Below, in pieces: positions 46,501 through 54,948 of a stretch of 64,000 bases of DNA. The DNA comes from a virus: positions 19,211 through 83,210 of the IMG/VR virus record IMGVR_UViG_3300050821_001227; one strand, written 5' to 3'. The number at the start of each line of letters is the position of its first letter. The first letter of the stretch is position 1. The notes under the pieces are model-generated. The model was not told where the DNA came from. It saw only the letters and a program-made list of their open reading frames with translations, and did no database searches. Made by a program: the position numbers and the translations under genes.

Positions 46501-48066
46501 ACGCACGTAATCGGCAACAACCGAGATGTGGCAGGCGAGAAAGAGCACTCTTTGTTTGTACCCGGCATCTCTCCCGAAGAGGCTGCGGAACTTGGCCGTA
46601 AGCACGGCCAGCAAGCCGTTCTGACGAACGAGGGTCTACATGACCTTCAGTCGAACACGATTATGCCGTCTGACAACACGAACGTGATGTTGGATGACGC
46701 AGCCCGTAAGCAGCCGTACTACTCGACTGTAGGCGGGCAGGATTTCAGCGTTCCTTTGGGTGAGTCTGAGCCTAAGCAGTTCAGCAATCTCAAAGAAGCC
46801 GCAAAAAATTTGTGGACGGACGAGACGGGCACGTATACGTCTGGTCAGTTCATGAAGTACCTTGCCAAGAATAAACTTATGAGCAAGGCTGGGCAAGACA
46901 CACTGGAAACCGCCTCGAAAGAGAAGGTAGTTCCGGGTTGGGCCGAAGTCTCGAAGTTTCTGACCCCCGAAGATCGGGCACAAGCTAGTGCCTCAGTTCA
47001 GCGTAACGTTGTTGATCTGGTGAACAAGTTCAATCCCAAATGGGTTGAGGACGCCGCGAAAGCGGGCTCCGCAGCTAAGGGATGGTACTCGCGGGCAACC
47101 GCTCTAATCGATCACATGTTCGGTGATGAGGCACACCGCTTCACGAATTTCGTGGCGTCATTGTCTCCGCAGAAGGACGTTGAACAGAATCTTACAGATG
47201 CACTCAATTTCTACAACCTCTGGCAAGAAGCGGGAAAGCCGCTTGGCCCGGAGAACGAGAAGGTCATTCGCGACCTTACTGAGCGTGCCGAAGTTGGCAT
47301 GTCTGGTCAGGTGGCCCGCAATCAGTTGTACGAAAATCTCGTCAACGACGTGCAGCCTACAGGTCCGAAAGTTTCCAACTTCGCCCGCAACCTCAAAGGC
47401 AATATGGATGCCGTCACCAAAGATCGGTGGATGGCGTACCTGTTCGGCAACAACGACCGTATGTTCCGCTGGTTCAAGGAGGGCTCACCAAAGCCCGCCG
47501 TACACATGGCGGCAGATGCGCTTGTTCGCGCAGTCGGCCAGAACATCGGAATGCTTCCCGCAGAGGTACAAGAAACCGCTTGGAGTTTCTTGCGAACTGT
47601 GGTAAACTTAACCGAGAAACAAGGTATCAGTACGAAAGCAGCCGTTGGCAGCATCAACGACGCGCTGATACGGGAAGGTGCCAGTGATCTTACAAGACTC
47701 ATCGCAGACAGCCCCAAAGTCCAGTCTGCCCTCAACCGACTCGCAACAGCAACCGGAGACGAGCGCTTTAGAGCAGTCAATCTCCAAAACTCTCCAAAGT
47801 TTAAGCAACTCCTCGCAGAGCACCAAACCCAAGCGCCTACCGCAGGCGGTATTGGAGCCACTAATCGTGCGGGTCTTGAACGGGGTGTCAACAAAGCTAT
47901 CGAAGCCCGGTCCTCGTTAAGCAAAGAGAAGACCGCCAAGGCCAAGAAGGCAGCCGCTAAATCCCAAGCGCCGAAGGTAGATAAGGACACCGAGTTCAAC
48001 CCCGATGACCTTAGCAACAACTTCACCCCTTCACTCAGCAACAAGATGAGGGAAGCGCTTTCATAG
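43597..48066 (+). CDS. Large multidomain (polyvalent-type) internal virion protein
   Basis: 1489 aa; GNIDLNNRP domain, ART-like H...G.G...YF, AVHDLFGH...ETRGQNSW, DUF3293-like FAILTAENP, HhH-like WY...LSPQ...GPKV..F...D.WM. Confidence 0.7.
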   Translation: MDAPETIQPEQTQAPAIIDPQMDTNKVYEQEHERQHAISDDQPTQLAQNDVPTYTLGSPAGLLEPGNIDLNNRPLVHNADGSHSTEYSTSFGDEKGREVLVPTVVNGKFLTPDGRKPAERSPAEKAMFRRAQAHYEQTHEHMGIFDSPENSDAYANIVHNRQDARVPTSDTHNIVQAPDGAKVAFPKGTSPETMHAEMTKWWQPRVQQAMQAWDAVRNAASNAAQAIGLPSDMPELQLQTDEFMRDPVGKTGDVVGAVVGGLAHGFNAIIPNTTENRAMVQRAQAEHAQGNNIAAATTLVPLVGDGLAKAVKQAQDKDFSGSIGTTLGVAAPFLTETFKAEPELPVSREQAYAGAERRAAAASEAPAYAGAERRGALMSPTEIENNLKTGRPVYTPFDSTEGAMDTINRDLATRLEKQPEPVAVNASGESAASQEAINRTASQKVQGIKTFRVDSRTGNATPVLGVDAADATAHPYEHVVQVKDGQVTVQDSGKGARPLDEQKLLKQTGGELPKQIVGTAEGAVRDSELFAQAKQKLGPDASFSQIATEAQRMKTAGEDVPIQVRHWSKQRVPLTETNPEMFGTGRAGAERSRANEPGFLPRTYFGMDGYREPEVQSGLEHTATLDRSKYYDINADKDGIWQKGFQEGGATAAEKAVKDAGYSGYYSPEQQVAASFDKVPVKVRKGPVAEAADSFNAEHGRPPVEHKIVSAPEHAKAIADEYEHMAHDPNNPAVQRAYGAMKNDIDEQWDYATKKMGITMEPWTGEGQPYKNSKEMTADVKNNKHLYFFTGGDMPVDHPLAEDAGEGLNYNDKLRAVHDLFGHAANDNQFGPQGEERAWQEHRQMFSPEAIPAVTTETRGQNSWVNFGPHLRDAEGNIPGKGEPGAIPPAKRPFAEQKAGLLPEWATRPEGVPTDAATAQKTLEHIKSGKPFAILTAENPLNTRIGDAENAARNAALEDDLKARGYEPTHVIGNNRDVAGEKEHSLFVPGISPEEAAELGRKHGQQAVLTNEGLHDLQSNTIMPSDNTNVMLDDAARKQPYYSTVGGQDFSVPLGESEPKQFSNLKEAAKNLWTDETGTYTSGQFMKYLAKNKLMSKAGQDTLETASKEKVVPGWAEVSKFLTPEDRAQASASVQRNVVDLVNKFNPKWVEDAAKAGSAAKGWYSRATALIDHMFGDEAHRFTNFVASLSPQKDVEQNLTDALNFYNLWQEAGKPLGPENEKVIRDLTERAEVGMSGQVARNQLYENLVNDVQPTGPKVSNFARNLKGNMDAVTKDRWMAYLFGNNDRMFRWFKEGSPKPAVHMAADALVRAVGQNIGMLPAEVQETAWSFLRTVVNLTEKQGISTKAAVGSINDALIREGASDLTRLIADSPKVQSALNRLATATGDERFRAVNLQNSPKFKQLLAEHQTQAPTAGGIGATNRAGLERGVNKAIEARSSLSKEKTAKAKKAAAKSQAPKVDKDTEFNPDDLSNNFTPSLSNKMREALS

Positions 48067-48075
48067 GAGGAAGAT

Positions 48076-48498
48076 TTGCTTCGTCAAGATGACTACGTAA
48101 AAGCCCTTGTCGTCACTGAATGTTGGCGACAAGGGAAAGATTTTGGGAATCACCAGATTCCTACAATCATCGCTGGATGTTTGTCGAACCGTGTTCGCCT
48201 CGGTTGGGGCTCATGGCTTGATATGCTGAAGAAGATTCCAAACTATTCAGCAGTTCTCGTTCAACCAAATCGTGGGGAACTGCCAGACCTTTGGTCTCCC
48301 GACTTTATAAAATTGCTTCACAACATCGACGGCATCTACGATGGCAGCATCGCAGACCCAGCCATGGGTGGCATCTATTGGGCCGACCTGAGCAAGGGCC
48401 GTAACGGTGTCACGAACCCGTGGTTCCAAGAGAAGATCATAGATTCGGCAGCACATTTGCCCTGTGCTAATCAGGGGCCATTTACTATATTCAGGTAG
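48076..48498 (+). CDS. SleB / Hydrolase_2-like cell-wall hydrolase, possibly inactive
   Basis: IA..L.NRV..GW...DP.MGG.YW...NPWF...G.F.IF pattern; WRQG where active members have WxE. Confidence 0.55.
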   Translation: MLRQDDYVKALVVTECWRQGKDFGNHQIPTIIAGCLSNRVRLGWGSWLDMLKKIPNYSAVLVQPNRGELPDLWSPDFIKLLHNIDGIYDGSIADPAMGGIYWADLSKGRNGVTNPWFQEKIIDSAAHLPCANQGPFTIFR

Positions 48499-48508
48499 AA
48501 AGGATGTT

Positions 48509-48733
48509 ATGAACTTTTGTGCAATCTGGGCACGTCTGACGAACGACGCCCATGTGCCTATTGCGCTGACAGTGTTTGCCGTCACAAGCGCCATGCACTT
48601 CTGGCATCACATTGATTTGGGTGCTAACTACACCAATTCGATTTACGCACTCTATGGATTTCTGAGCGCACACGCGGCCTCACAGCAAGTTTGGCCGGAT
48701 AAGGCACAAGGAGGTTCCAATGGAGGCCAGTAG
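48509..48733 (+). CDS. Small membrane protein, putative holin
   Basis: Two hydrophobic segments; AAGGA RBS. Confidence 0.5.
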   Translation: MNFCAIWARLTNDAHVPIALTVFAVTSAMHFWHHIDLGANYTNSIYALYGFLSAHAASQQVWPDKAQGGSNGGQ

Positions 48734-49025
48734 CATTCCAGTTTGGGTTGAACAGATAAAATGGTTTGCCTCAGTAGGTGGAGGATTTTGGGCAGCGTTC
48801 ACGGCGTACAATTACGTTAAGAATGCTCTTGCCAGTACGCAAGAAGGTGTTGTCGGCATCAAAGCCGAACTGACATCTCAAACACAAGCCATCGTAAAAG
48901 CCACTGATACACAAACCAGTGAACTAAGAGAACTTCGAACCGATGTGGGACGGTTAGTGCAGTCTATGATGACCCCTCCACCCCGAGCCCGCGCAGCCAG
49001 AGCATCCGGTCGCCGCAAGAAATAA
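48720..49025 (+). CDS. Membrane-anchored coiled-coil protein (lysis-module type)
   Basis: One hydrophobic segment, coiled coil and basic tail. Confidence 0.55.
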   Translation: MEASSIPVWVEQIKWFASVGGGFWAAFTAYNYVKNALASTQEGVVGIKAELTSQTQAIVKATDTQTSELRELRTDVGRLVQSMMTPPPRARAARASGRRKK

Positions 49026-49028
49026 CGC

Positions 49029-49057
49029 TTGACAGGGAGTGGGTACTTTGGTAACAT
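49029..49057 (+). promoter_or_regulatory. sigma70-type promoter
   Basis: TTGACA-17 nt (ending TACTTTGG)-TAACAT. Confidence 0.7.
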
Positions 49058-49081
49058 GCTCCCTAGAGTAAGAAAGGAATC

Positions 49082-50743
49082 ATGGCAAAGTCGAAGGTAA
49101 CCAAGGCGCAACTGATTGCCGACATTAAGGCAGTTGCTGGCAAGAAACCCGCTATTACTCGTGCCGAGTACATCCTCGGTGGACAGTTCAAGAAGGCGTA
49201 CGAGACGTACTTCGAGACGTTCGATCAATTCCGTGCAGCCGCGAAGCTAGTCGCGCCGAAGGATTTGGTGGACGGCAAAGAGCGAGTCGCTGAACGTAAG
49301 GAGCCGTTACCGGAAGCAGGCAAGGTCAGTCGCTACATCCTGACTTCTGCACAGAACAACACCAAGGTGCACAAAGAGTTTTGGGCAAACCTCAAAGCCT
49401 TCGCAGATCACTACAGCGCGAAGATTATGATCGGGACGTTCTCATACAACCAGAACCAGTACGGTAAGCTGTCCGTCAAGCGCGGTAAAGAGAATCCGAC
49501 AGGCAATCAGTTGTGGTTCGACGCAGACATCGAGCAGTACCTGAACGACGAGCGCGTTGAACTGGCACCCGGCCTTGTTTGGTGCGGTGATCAGAACATC
49601 ATGCCGACCGAAGAGAACCCGTTGTCCGGCCTCGAATCGTTCGCCCACGGCAAGAGCGCGATCTTCCCACATACCAAGATCGAGATGCGTTCAATCGCAG
49701 TTCCCGAAGGTATGCCAGTGAAGATGAACTTCACCACAGGCGCAGTCACTCAACTGAACTACATTCAGAAGAAAGCTGGTCTGAAGGCAGAGCATCATCA
49801 CCGCTATTCATTTTTGATTGTCGAAGTGGACGACAAAGGAAACTGGTTCGTGCGCCAAGTATCGGCCCGCAAGAATGGCTGCAACATTCAAGACCTGAAC
49901 ATCGAAGTCGAAGACGGCGTTGTCGTATCGACGGACGCCAAGGTCGAAGCAATCACATGGGGAGATTTGCACGCAACCAACTCCCAGCCGGAAGTTGTCG
50001 ATGCATCACAAGAGATGCTCGACGAGTTGCACCCGAAGTACCAGTTTATTCACGACGTGATGGAAGGTGTCAGCATCAACCGACACTACATCAAAGCCGC
50101 TCCGTTGCCACATCTGTATTTCCATCGTTGGTTGCGTGGTCTGCATCGCGTCGAAGACGAGTTGAAGCGTACCCGCGCCATCGCAGAACGTTATCTGCGC
50201 CCGTGGTGTACGACCGTCGCGCCGGACGCCAACCATGACGCATGGTGGCTCCAGTCATGGCTCAATCGTTACGACTACCGTTTCGATCCAGCCAACGCAG
50301 AAATCTTCCTGCGCCTGCAACTGTTCATGTACGAACAGATCAGAGCGGGCAAGCTGCCCAAGAACGTTAACATCATGCAGCGTGTGATGGAGACGGAAGC
50401 GGGCATGAAGCCCGGTAGCATGAAGTTCCTCCTACCCGATGAGTCATTTGTGGTAGGGGAAATCGAGTGTGGTCAGCACGGCCACCTCGGACCGAATGGT
50501 AACTTCGGCAACCCTGCCAATCTCTCGAAGATCGGCAAGAAGATGACTACCGCACACACGCACTCAGCGGGCATCTATCACGGCCTGTTCGTAGCAGGCA
50601 CTTCTTCAAAACTGACGGCGGGTTGGGATTACACAACCGGACCATCAAGCTGGGGCTGGAGTCACGTCGTCCAGTACGACAACGGCCAGCGCGCCATAGT
50701 CACCATGAAGATGGTTGACGGCAAGGCACGCTGGAGAGCGTAG
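49082..50743 (+). CDS. Calcineurin-like metallophosphoesterase
   Basis: GDLH, IHDV, ANHD, HGH and AHTH motifs in the expected order. Confidence 0.8.
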   Translation: MAKSKVTKAQLIADIKAVAGKKPAITRAEYILGGQFKKAYETYFETFDQFRAAAKLVAPKDLVDGKERVAERKEPLPEAGKVSRYILTSAQNNTKVHKEFWANLKAFADHYSAKIMIGTFSYNQNQYGKLSVKRGKENPTGNQLWFDADIEQYLNDERVELAPGLVWCGDQNIMPTEENPLSGLESFAHGKSAIFPHTKIEMRSIAVPEGMPVKMNFTTGAVTQLNYIQKKAGLKAEHHHRYSFLIVEVDDKGNWFVRQVSARKNGCNIQDLNIEVEDGVVVSTDAKVEAITWGDLHATNSQPEVVDASQEMLDELHPKYQFIHDVMEGVSINRHYIKAAPLPHLYFHRWLRGLHRVEDELKRTRAIAERYLRPWCTTVAPDANHDAWWLQSWLNRYDYRFDPANAEIFLRLQLFMYEQIRAGKLPKNVNIMQRVMETEAGMKPGSMKFLLPDESFVVGEIECGQHGHLGPNGNFGNPANLSKIGKKMTTAHTHSAGIYHGLFVAGTSSKLTAGWDYTTGPSSWGWSHVVQYDNGQRAIVTMKMVDGKARWRA

Positions 50744-50747
50744 AATT

Positions 50748-51221
50748 ATGAACTGGCTTGAGCGTTTCTGGAATCGCGTTGAGTTTGACGGCCCGATTCC
50801 AGAAGCCTGTCCCGAACTAGGAAATTGCTGGCTTTGGGCAGGCGCGAAGTCGAGAGACTACGGTCACGTTCGTAGCGGTTCAAAAATGTTGGCGGTGCAT
50901 AGAACCGCCTTCGAAATTCAGAACCATGTTGCGGTTCCAGAAGACTTGGATGTTTGTCATCGTTGCGATAACCCATCCTGTGTTAGAGGTACGCACCTGT
51001 TTGCAGGTAACGGATTTCAAAACCTGCAAGATGCCGTGCGAAAAGGTAGAGCAAGGTTTCACAAAGTAACTCCAGCGCAAGCACGGGAGATTCGTCAGAG
51101 ATACAAGAACGGAGAAAGTCAAACGGCACTCGCGGTAGAGTTTGGTGTTTGTCAATCAAACATATCAAAGATAGTGCATAACGTCACATACAAAGAGGAG
51201 GTATTGTGCGCGTCTATATAG
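50748..51221 (+). CDS. HNH homing endonuclease with C-terminal HTH
   Basis: CWLW.G...YG...HR...VCHRCDNPSCV...HLFAG...N..D; LAVEFGVCQSNISKI. Confidence 0.92.
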   Translation: MNWLERFWNRVEFDGPIPEACPELGNCWLWAGAKSRDYGHVRSGSKMLAVHRTAFEIQNHVAVPEDLDVCHRCDNPSCVRGTHLFAGNGFQNLQDAVRKGRARFHKVTPAQAREIRQRYKNGESQTALAVEFGVCQSNISKIVHNVTYKEEVLCASI

Positions 51222-51727
51222 CTTCAAATTTTGCCGACAAAGACCGCGTGAAAGCACGGGGAGAAGAACTCGCTGCCATGGGCATTGAGTGTACTTCCCG
51301 TTGGGCTCTGGAAACAGTGCCACATAACTGCAAGATTACAGACAAGCCCGCGCAGTACATGCGGGAGACTGCCGTGTTCGATGTCCAAGACATCCTATCG
51401 GCGGACAAAGTCGTTCTGACCGTACCTACGCCAGAGCAGTTGATGAACCTGACACCACATCAGATGTCACGTGGCGGACGGACATTCGAGTCCGGCTTGA
51501 TGTACGGCTTGATTCTGGCCCAGTGGCTGGCAATCGGCGGCGAACTGTATACGCAGTACGCCAAAGAGATGCGTGGCTGTTCATCCGAACTGATTGTGAT
51601 GGGCGAAAAAGAGAACGTGTTCCACTTCCTTGACGGCACCGAGACGGCGAAAGACCTTCCGGTGGTCGTTGTGATCCCAACATGGGAAGGCGTCAAGGAA
51701 TACCTCGCCTCCCAACTACCCAAATAG
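51206..51727 (+). CDS. Nucleoside 2-deoxyribosyltransferase-like protein
   Basis: MRVYIAS...D..DI..AD.VV...GGR.FE.G. Confidence 0.7.
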   Translation: MRVYIASNFADKDRVKARGEELAAMGIECTSRWALETVPHNCKITDKPAQYMRETAVFDVQDILSADKVVLTVPTPEQLMNLTPHQMSRGGRTFESGLMYGLILAQWLAIGGELYTQYAKEMRGCSSELIVMGEKENVFHFLDGTETAKDLPVVVVIPTWEGVKEYLASQLPK

Positions 51728-51737
51728 GAGCAAGTCA

Positions 51738-52328
51738 ATGTCGAGTAACAACGTATCAATCGCGCCCACATCGAAGGCGCTTGGAAGTAATCCCAAGGAT
51801 TTGCTGGGGGCAAAGAAACCTGACGCCTCAAAGATTCCCGCCGTAGCAATTGCATGGGAGTCTCTGGCGATGATGGACGGTGCAGGGAAATACAACGCTT
51901 ACAACTGGCGTGCGAACAAGGTCATCGCGTCGATCTACGTCGCGGCCTGCAAGCGCCATCTCGATATGTGGTTTGAAGGACAACGCAAGGCGGAAGATTC
52001 GGGATGTCATCATCTCGGACACGCACGCGCGTGCCTAGGCATACTGCTCGACGCCGAAGCCACGGGCAACTTGATTGACGACCGTCCGGTATCCGAAGGC
52101 TCATTGGAAGCCTACAGGGCTGTGATGGCAGAGATTGAGTCATTGATCCCTTTGATGTACGAGCGGCACAAGAAGTTCAAAGCCGAACAGGCTGCGAAGA
52201 AGGCCGCACAGCAAGGCGCTGTCGATGAAGTTCGGTGCGAACGTGGCCTTTCGGCTTACGCTTGGGCGGTCAACAGCGTCGATAAGCAGCTTCCATCCAT
52301 GCCGTCAGGCAACGGATTAAGCGATTGA
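51738..52328 (+). CDS. dATP/dGTP diphosphohydrolase (DUF5664)
   Basis: NPKD..G.KK...GA.KY..YNWR...RHL..W..G...DSG.HHLGHA.ACL.IL.DA...G.L.DDRP. Confidence 0.88.
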   Translation: MSSNNVSIAPTSKALGSNPKDLLGAKKPDASKIPAVAIAWESLAMMDGAGKYNAYNWRANKVIASIYVAACKRHLDMWFEGQRKAEDSGCHHLGHARACLGILLDAEATGNLIDDRPVSEGSLEAYRAVMAEIESLIPLMYERHKKFKAEQAAKKAAQQGAVDEVRCERGLSAYAWAVNSVDKQLPSMPSGNGLSD

Positions 52329-52391
52329 CATGGACTGGTACTGGGTGGTAGTATTTGTCTTGGTGATTATCCTAATGCCCCGGAGAGTACG

Positions 52392-52505
52392 ATGAATCCT
52401 ATTTACATTTTTCTTGCCGCTCTTGTGGGCGGCATCGTTGGAGGCTGGGTAACGAGCTACTTTCAACGTACCCGCGATCCCCGTCCTTACGATGTTGAGA
52501 AGTAG
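52392..52505 (+). CDS. Small membrane peptide (37 aa)
   Basis: MNPIYIFLAALVGGIVGGW...; GGAGAG RBS; the last 10 nt overlap tRNA-Asn. Confidence 0.45.
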   Translation: MNPIYIFLAALVGGIVGGWVTSYFQRTRDPRPYDVEK

Positions 52506-52571
52506 CCAAGCTGGTAAGGCAGCGCACTGTTAATGCGCCTACCGTAGGTTCGAATCCTACCTTCTCAGCCA
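52496..52571 (+). tRNA. tRNA-Asn(GTT)
   Basis: Acceptor TGAGAAG/CTTCTCA, anticodon arm GCGCA-CTGTTAA-TGCGC, GTTCGAATC, encoded CCA. Confidence 0.95.
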
Positions 52572-52581
52572 TATCAAATGT

Positions 52582-52655
52582 GGGTCGTTCGTCTAGTGGG
52601 AGGACACCTGCCTTGCACGCAGGGAACAGGGGTTCGAATCCCTTACGATCCACCA
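52582..52655 (+). tRNA. tRNA-Ala(TGC)
   Basis: Acceptor GGGTCGT/ACGATCC with G3.U70, anticodon arm CCTGC-CTTGCAC-GCAGG, GTTCGAATC, ACCA. Confidence 0.95.
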
Positions 52656-52733
52656 AAGCCAGAGCGTCTACGCTGCGGATGCGGGTAACCAGAATCCGCC
52701 GAAGTCGTATACCCCGTACCTCGGGGGTCCGTC

Positions 52734-52865
52734 CTTGACCACTGCCATAAGACGGGTAAAATAGGGAAGATGTTATGCCGTGGTTGTAATCTTGGTTTAG
52801 GGCAGTTCGAAGATGTAATTGAACGTCTTCAGAGCGCCATTGAGTATTTGCGAGTGAATCGCTGA
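52734..52865 (+). pseudogene. Endonuclease VII C-terminal remnant
   Basis: LDHCHKTGKIGKMLCRGCNLGLGQFED...AIEYL; in-frame stop upstream and no start codon. Confidence 0.7.
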
Positions 52866-52875
52866 AAGGTACTTT

Positions 52876-53145
52876 ATGTGTGATGGATGTGGACAGGCGG
52901 GATGCAAGTGTGCTCCTTATCCCAATAAGCCGATGACGGAGCACCAAACGATTCGCTCACGTACAACCGGGCGCAAGATTGAAATCTCAATGGGCATGCA
53001 CGGAGGCGGGTTGGTTAGTAAGAACCCCTTCGCCTCGCTTGCGCAGGCGGGCTACATGCACAGCCATCCAGAAATTCTCGGCAGCAAACTCAAGGAATGG
53101 GATGCAGCAACCAAGGGCAAACATCTGCCCAAGAGGGTGAAGTAA
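52876..53145 (+). CDS. Hypothetical protein
   Basis: ORF; PF.S.AQ..Y....PE...KEWD..TKG..LP.RV. Confidence 0.6.
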   Translation: MCDGCGQAGCKCAPYPNKPMTEHQTIRSRTTGRKIEISMGMHGGGLVSKNPFASLAQAGYMHSHPEILGSKLKEWDAATKGKHLPKRVK

Positions 53146-53336
53146 TGTATCAAGAAACGATCAAAGGCAAACCGGAGCGAGTCGGAAAGATTCCCGTCCC
53201 GCCGATCAAAGAGACGCAGGAACTGATGTCCTCGGCCAACCGAGCAATCGAGGACTACACTGCGAGGCCGACACAGGTCCGTCACCCCCTTGGTCACGGC
53301 ATACCTAAAACCAGCGAATTGTTGGGAGGAGAGTGA
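53145..53336 (+). CDS. Hypothetical protein
   Basis: TAATG overlap start. Confidence 0.55.
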   Translation: MYQETIKGKPERVGKIPVPPIKETQELMSSANRAIEDYTARPTQVRHPLGHGIPKTSELLGGE

Positions 53337-53338
53337 CA

Positions 53339-54097
53339 ATGAGTACCCCAAACATACTGACCCCGCCCACAGGACAAATCTGGACTGTGGCTAAAAACGA
53401 TTTAACATGGCTTCAAAAACACGAACGAGTGGCAATCGTTGCCCTTGTGCTGCTTGTTGGAGGTTTCTTGGGAAACAAGGCGTTGAATTATGACGCATCC
53501 CTTAAAGACGCCAAAGTGGCCGCACTGACGCAAGTCGTAGCTCAAGATAAGCAGAATACCGCCGCACTTGCGCTGGCGTCGGCTACAGCGCAGCAACAGT
53601 ATCAGATGACGCTAGACGCCGTTACCAAGCAAAATGTCGCGCTGGAGGCTTCCGTAGCGCAAATGGCGGCTAATTTGGGAAAGCAGCAAGCCGTGGATAA
53701 ACAAATGCCTTTGCCTCAATTGGGACAGCGGCTCCAAGCCCTAGTCCCTGCCGCGACGGGCGTAACGGCTACATCAACAGGATTGACTTTAGATTCAGTG
53801 AGTTCCGTGGCTGTCGTGCAGTCGCTCGAACAAGTCCCCGTCCTAAAGGACGAACTGACGAACGAGACGCAAGTTGCTGCAAACAATGCTGCTTTGCTAT
53901 CGGACGCGGACAAAGTTATCGACGCGGACGGTAAAGAGATCACAGGGCTCAACAAGGAACTGACCGATCAGCAGGCCGACACGAAGGCAATTATCGCGGC
54001 GGACAAGGTCAAGATCAAGAAGGCATGGCGCAGCGGATTCAAGTGGGGCTTCGGCCTCGGGTTCGCCACTGGCGCTTACGTGATGCACGCGTTATAA
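53339..54097 (+). CDS. Membrane-anchored coiled-coil protein (spanin-like)
   Basis: N-terminal hydrophobic segment, long coiled coil and C-terminal hydrophobic segment. Confidence 0.55.
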   Translation: MSTPNILTPPTGQIWTVAKNDLTWLQKHERVAIVALVLLVGGFLGNKALNYDASLKDAKVAALTQVVAQDKQNTAALALASATAQQQYQMTLDAVTKQNVALEASVAQMAANLGKQQAVDKQMPLPQLGQRLQALVPAATGVTATSTGLTLDSVSSVAVVQSLEQVPVLKDELTNETQVAANNAALLSDADKVIDADGKEITGLNKELTDQQADTKAIIAADKVKIKKAWRSGFKWGFGLGFATGAYVMHAL

Positions 54098-54107
54098 AAG
54101 GAGACTT

Positions 54108-54425
54108 ATGATCCTCACACCGCTGACTGCCGCAGAAACGGCAACCGAGGAAGCACGAGTGCTGGCAGAAGGATGGATCAAACGCAGCCTCGTAGCGTTC
54201 GACCAGTTCATTAACGTTACACTGTTTCGCGGGCGCAACGACGAGACGATCAGCGCTCACGCTGGCCGTGCATGTATCGAAGGCAGGTTGTGGGGCGAGA
54301 CTCTTGCGACCTTCCTGAATATTTTTCAAGTCAACCATTGTGTCAAGGCGATGGTCGGTGATGCGGTACGTGCTAAAGCAATTTTACAGACTGAGCAACA
54401 GTCTGGTGAAATTGCCAAGGTGTAA
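54108..54425 (+). CDS. Hypothetical phage protein
   Basis: DQF.NV.LF.G..DETISA.AGRA motif; AAGGAG RBS. Confidence 0.7.
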   Translation: MILTPLTAAETATEEARVLAEGWIKRSLVAFDQFINVTLFRGRNDETISAHAGRACIEGRLWGETLATFLNIFQVNHCVKAMVGDAVRAKAILQTEQQSGEIAKV

Positions 54426-54463
54426 AAAAGTTCGCCACTGTTCGTCTAGAAAAGGAGTAACAC

Positions 54464-54643
54464 ATGTTGTTCGATCCACTAAGTATTGGAGTAGGCGTTA
54501 TCGGAGGGGCTTTCATGCCTGCGATAGGCCGCAAAATCAAGGCGCTGTTTGTGAAGGAAACTATCGCTGCGAAAGCAGTCGTACAAGCAGACGCATCAAA
54601 AATTACTAGCGCAGTCGAAACGGCTGCCGTCAGTAAGCTGTAA
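54464..54643 (+). CDS. Small membrane protein (59 aa)
   Basis: AAGGAG RBS; MLFDPLSIGVGVIGGAF...; below the ORF-track length cutoff. Confidence 0.6.
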   Translation: MLFDPLSIGVGVIGGAFMPAIGRKIKALFVKETIAAKAVVQADASKITSAVETAAVSKL

Positions 54644-54647
54644 CAAA

Positions 54648-54682
54648 GAACGGGTGAGCATTACCGCTCACCCCGTTTCTTT
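54648..54682 (+). terminator. Intrinsic terminator
   Basis: GGGTGAGC/GCTCACCC stem followed by GTTTCTTT. Confidence 0.55.
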
Positions 54683-54948
54683 AGGGTGGTCAGTTTGGCA
54701 ACTGCCAAACGTTTTAGAACTGCCTTCCGCTGAGTGCGCGTGTTTAACTGCGGATAAACACCCCGAGAGAAAACGGGCTATTGGGCGAGATGCGCTCGTA
54801 CCAGCACAGAGACAAAACAAAAACGCAGAGCAGCATAGCAACAGGCCAACAATAGGCTGGCAGCTAGTACCTACGTTATTCTTTTGCCCGTAAGGCCGGA
54901 CCCGCCATAGAGGCGGACTGGTTGGAGGAGAGAAAGAGTAGCTTAACA

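Noticed and set aside
51738-52328. Calling this a 2-aminoadenine (Z-genome) phage
   Set aside because: DUF5664 alone is insufficient and no PurZ is visible in the window.
52325-52354. Promoter TTGACA-18-TAGTAT upstream of the tRNAs
   Set aside because: Plausible, but it overlaps a stop codon and a tiny hydrophobic ORF (52330-52395); the evidence is too weak to choose between them.
52496-52740. attP/integration site or tRNA-associated ribozyme at the tRNAs
   Set aside because: No integrase or duplicated tRNA end in the window, and I could not build an HDV-like fold downstream.
54800-54880. tmRNA-like tag (ANNRLAA) in the intergenic region
   Set aside because: No stop codon after LAA and no tRNA-like acceptor or T arm nearby.
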